64,000 nt of DNA from Marsupella aquatica. Its lineage: Eukaryota > Plantae > Marchantiophyta. Shown here piece after piece: positions 63,440 to 64,000 of this stretch. A model generated the notes under the pieces. The model was not told the DNA's origin, made no database searches, and was given only the letters and a program-made list of their open reading frames with translations. The position numbers and the translations under genes were made by a program. The stretch is from contig OZ316898.1 of NCBI GenBank assembly GCA_973895155.1, positions 11,431,187 through 11,495,186 on the forward strand. The letters are read 5' to 3'. Position 1 is the first letter of the stretch. Each line of letters starts with the position of its first letter.

Positions 63440-64000
63440 TGTTGAGCATAGACGACATCCGTAATGGCAAGCCCATGAACCATCCAACGCACAAGAGTCG
63501 ACACAGAGAGATATGTGGTTCACATCGACATGAGGCTACGTCCACGGGAACACACAAGAGCTTTACTGCACTCTAGGCCGATCGGCCATACCAAGGATCC
63601 ACAGCACAAGCTCTCCCTATCTCTCAACTAGCTCCGTAACAATGAGCCTAAGTTCCACCAGGGTCTGGCATCAGCCCTGGCTATATACACAATAGCACTA
63701 CCGCTAACATTAGCTAAATCCTAACCCAAGTTAGCCTAACTGTAGTTAGCTCATGAGTCATAAGACTAGAGCAATATCTAACAAACTCCCCCTTGACTCT
63801 TGTCTTGGGGACTGGACTAAATGCTACCATATGGAATCCTCAGTGGGAAGTTCTAGACAATCACCAAACTAGGTCTCCCCCTAAAAACCACAAGGGTTAA
63901 CTAAGGGTTAACTAGAACTAAGCCGTAGCCTAACAGGAATGAGTAATCCATATACAAATAGTCACACATTGCTAAATAACTCTACTTGCACTACAACTGC
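63440..64000 (-). mobile_element. 3' LTR (63440-63783, 344 bp) + PPT and 3' region of a minus-strand Ty1/copia element running off the window
   Basis: Minus strand PPT TCAAGGGGGAGTT then TGTTAG...CTCAACA; LTR contains a copia-like GATATGTGGTTCAC...CTACGTCCACGG motif and a TATA-like element (TATATA ~63683). Confidence 0.75.

Overview
Eukaryotic land-plant genomic DNA with spliceosomal introns; a non-seed plant such as a liverwort is my inference. 1-20.7 kb is a transposon block: a rearranged Copia (Bianca-like) gag/protease remnant, a 234-bp mini-Helitron, and two full-length but pseudogenised Helitrons lying head-to-head (2658-10514 minus, intron-poor; 11069-20653 plus, intron-rich), each with readable A|TC...hairpin-CTRR|T ends. 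The middle holds four host genes: a 9-exon CYP85-clan (CYP707-like) P450 with a 1-bp deletion in its heme-Cys signature, a tail-anchored coiled-coil gene, SYF2, and a 14-exon alpha/beta-hydrolase with a UIM-like tail. MITE/satellite repeats lie between them. The most unusual object is at 58731-62358: a 3.6-kb element encoding an apparently intact, intron-containing DUF3504/Crypton-type tyrosine recombinase with no reverse transcriptase, bounded by miniature split direct repeats (A1...B1-A2-B2) and nested in older repeats. The window ends in the 3' LTR of a minus-strand Copia element. All gene models were built by eye from GT/AG phase consistency; no database searches were run.
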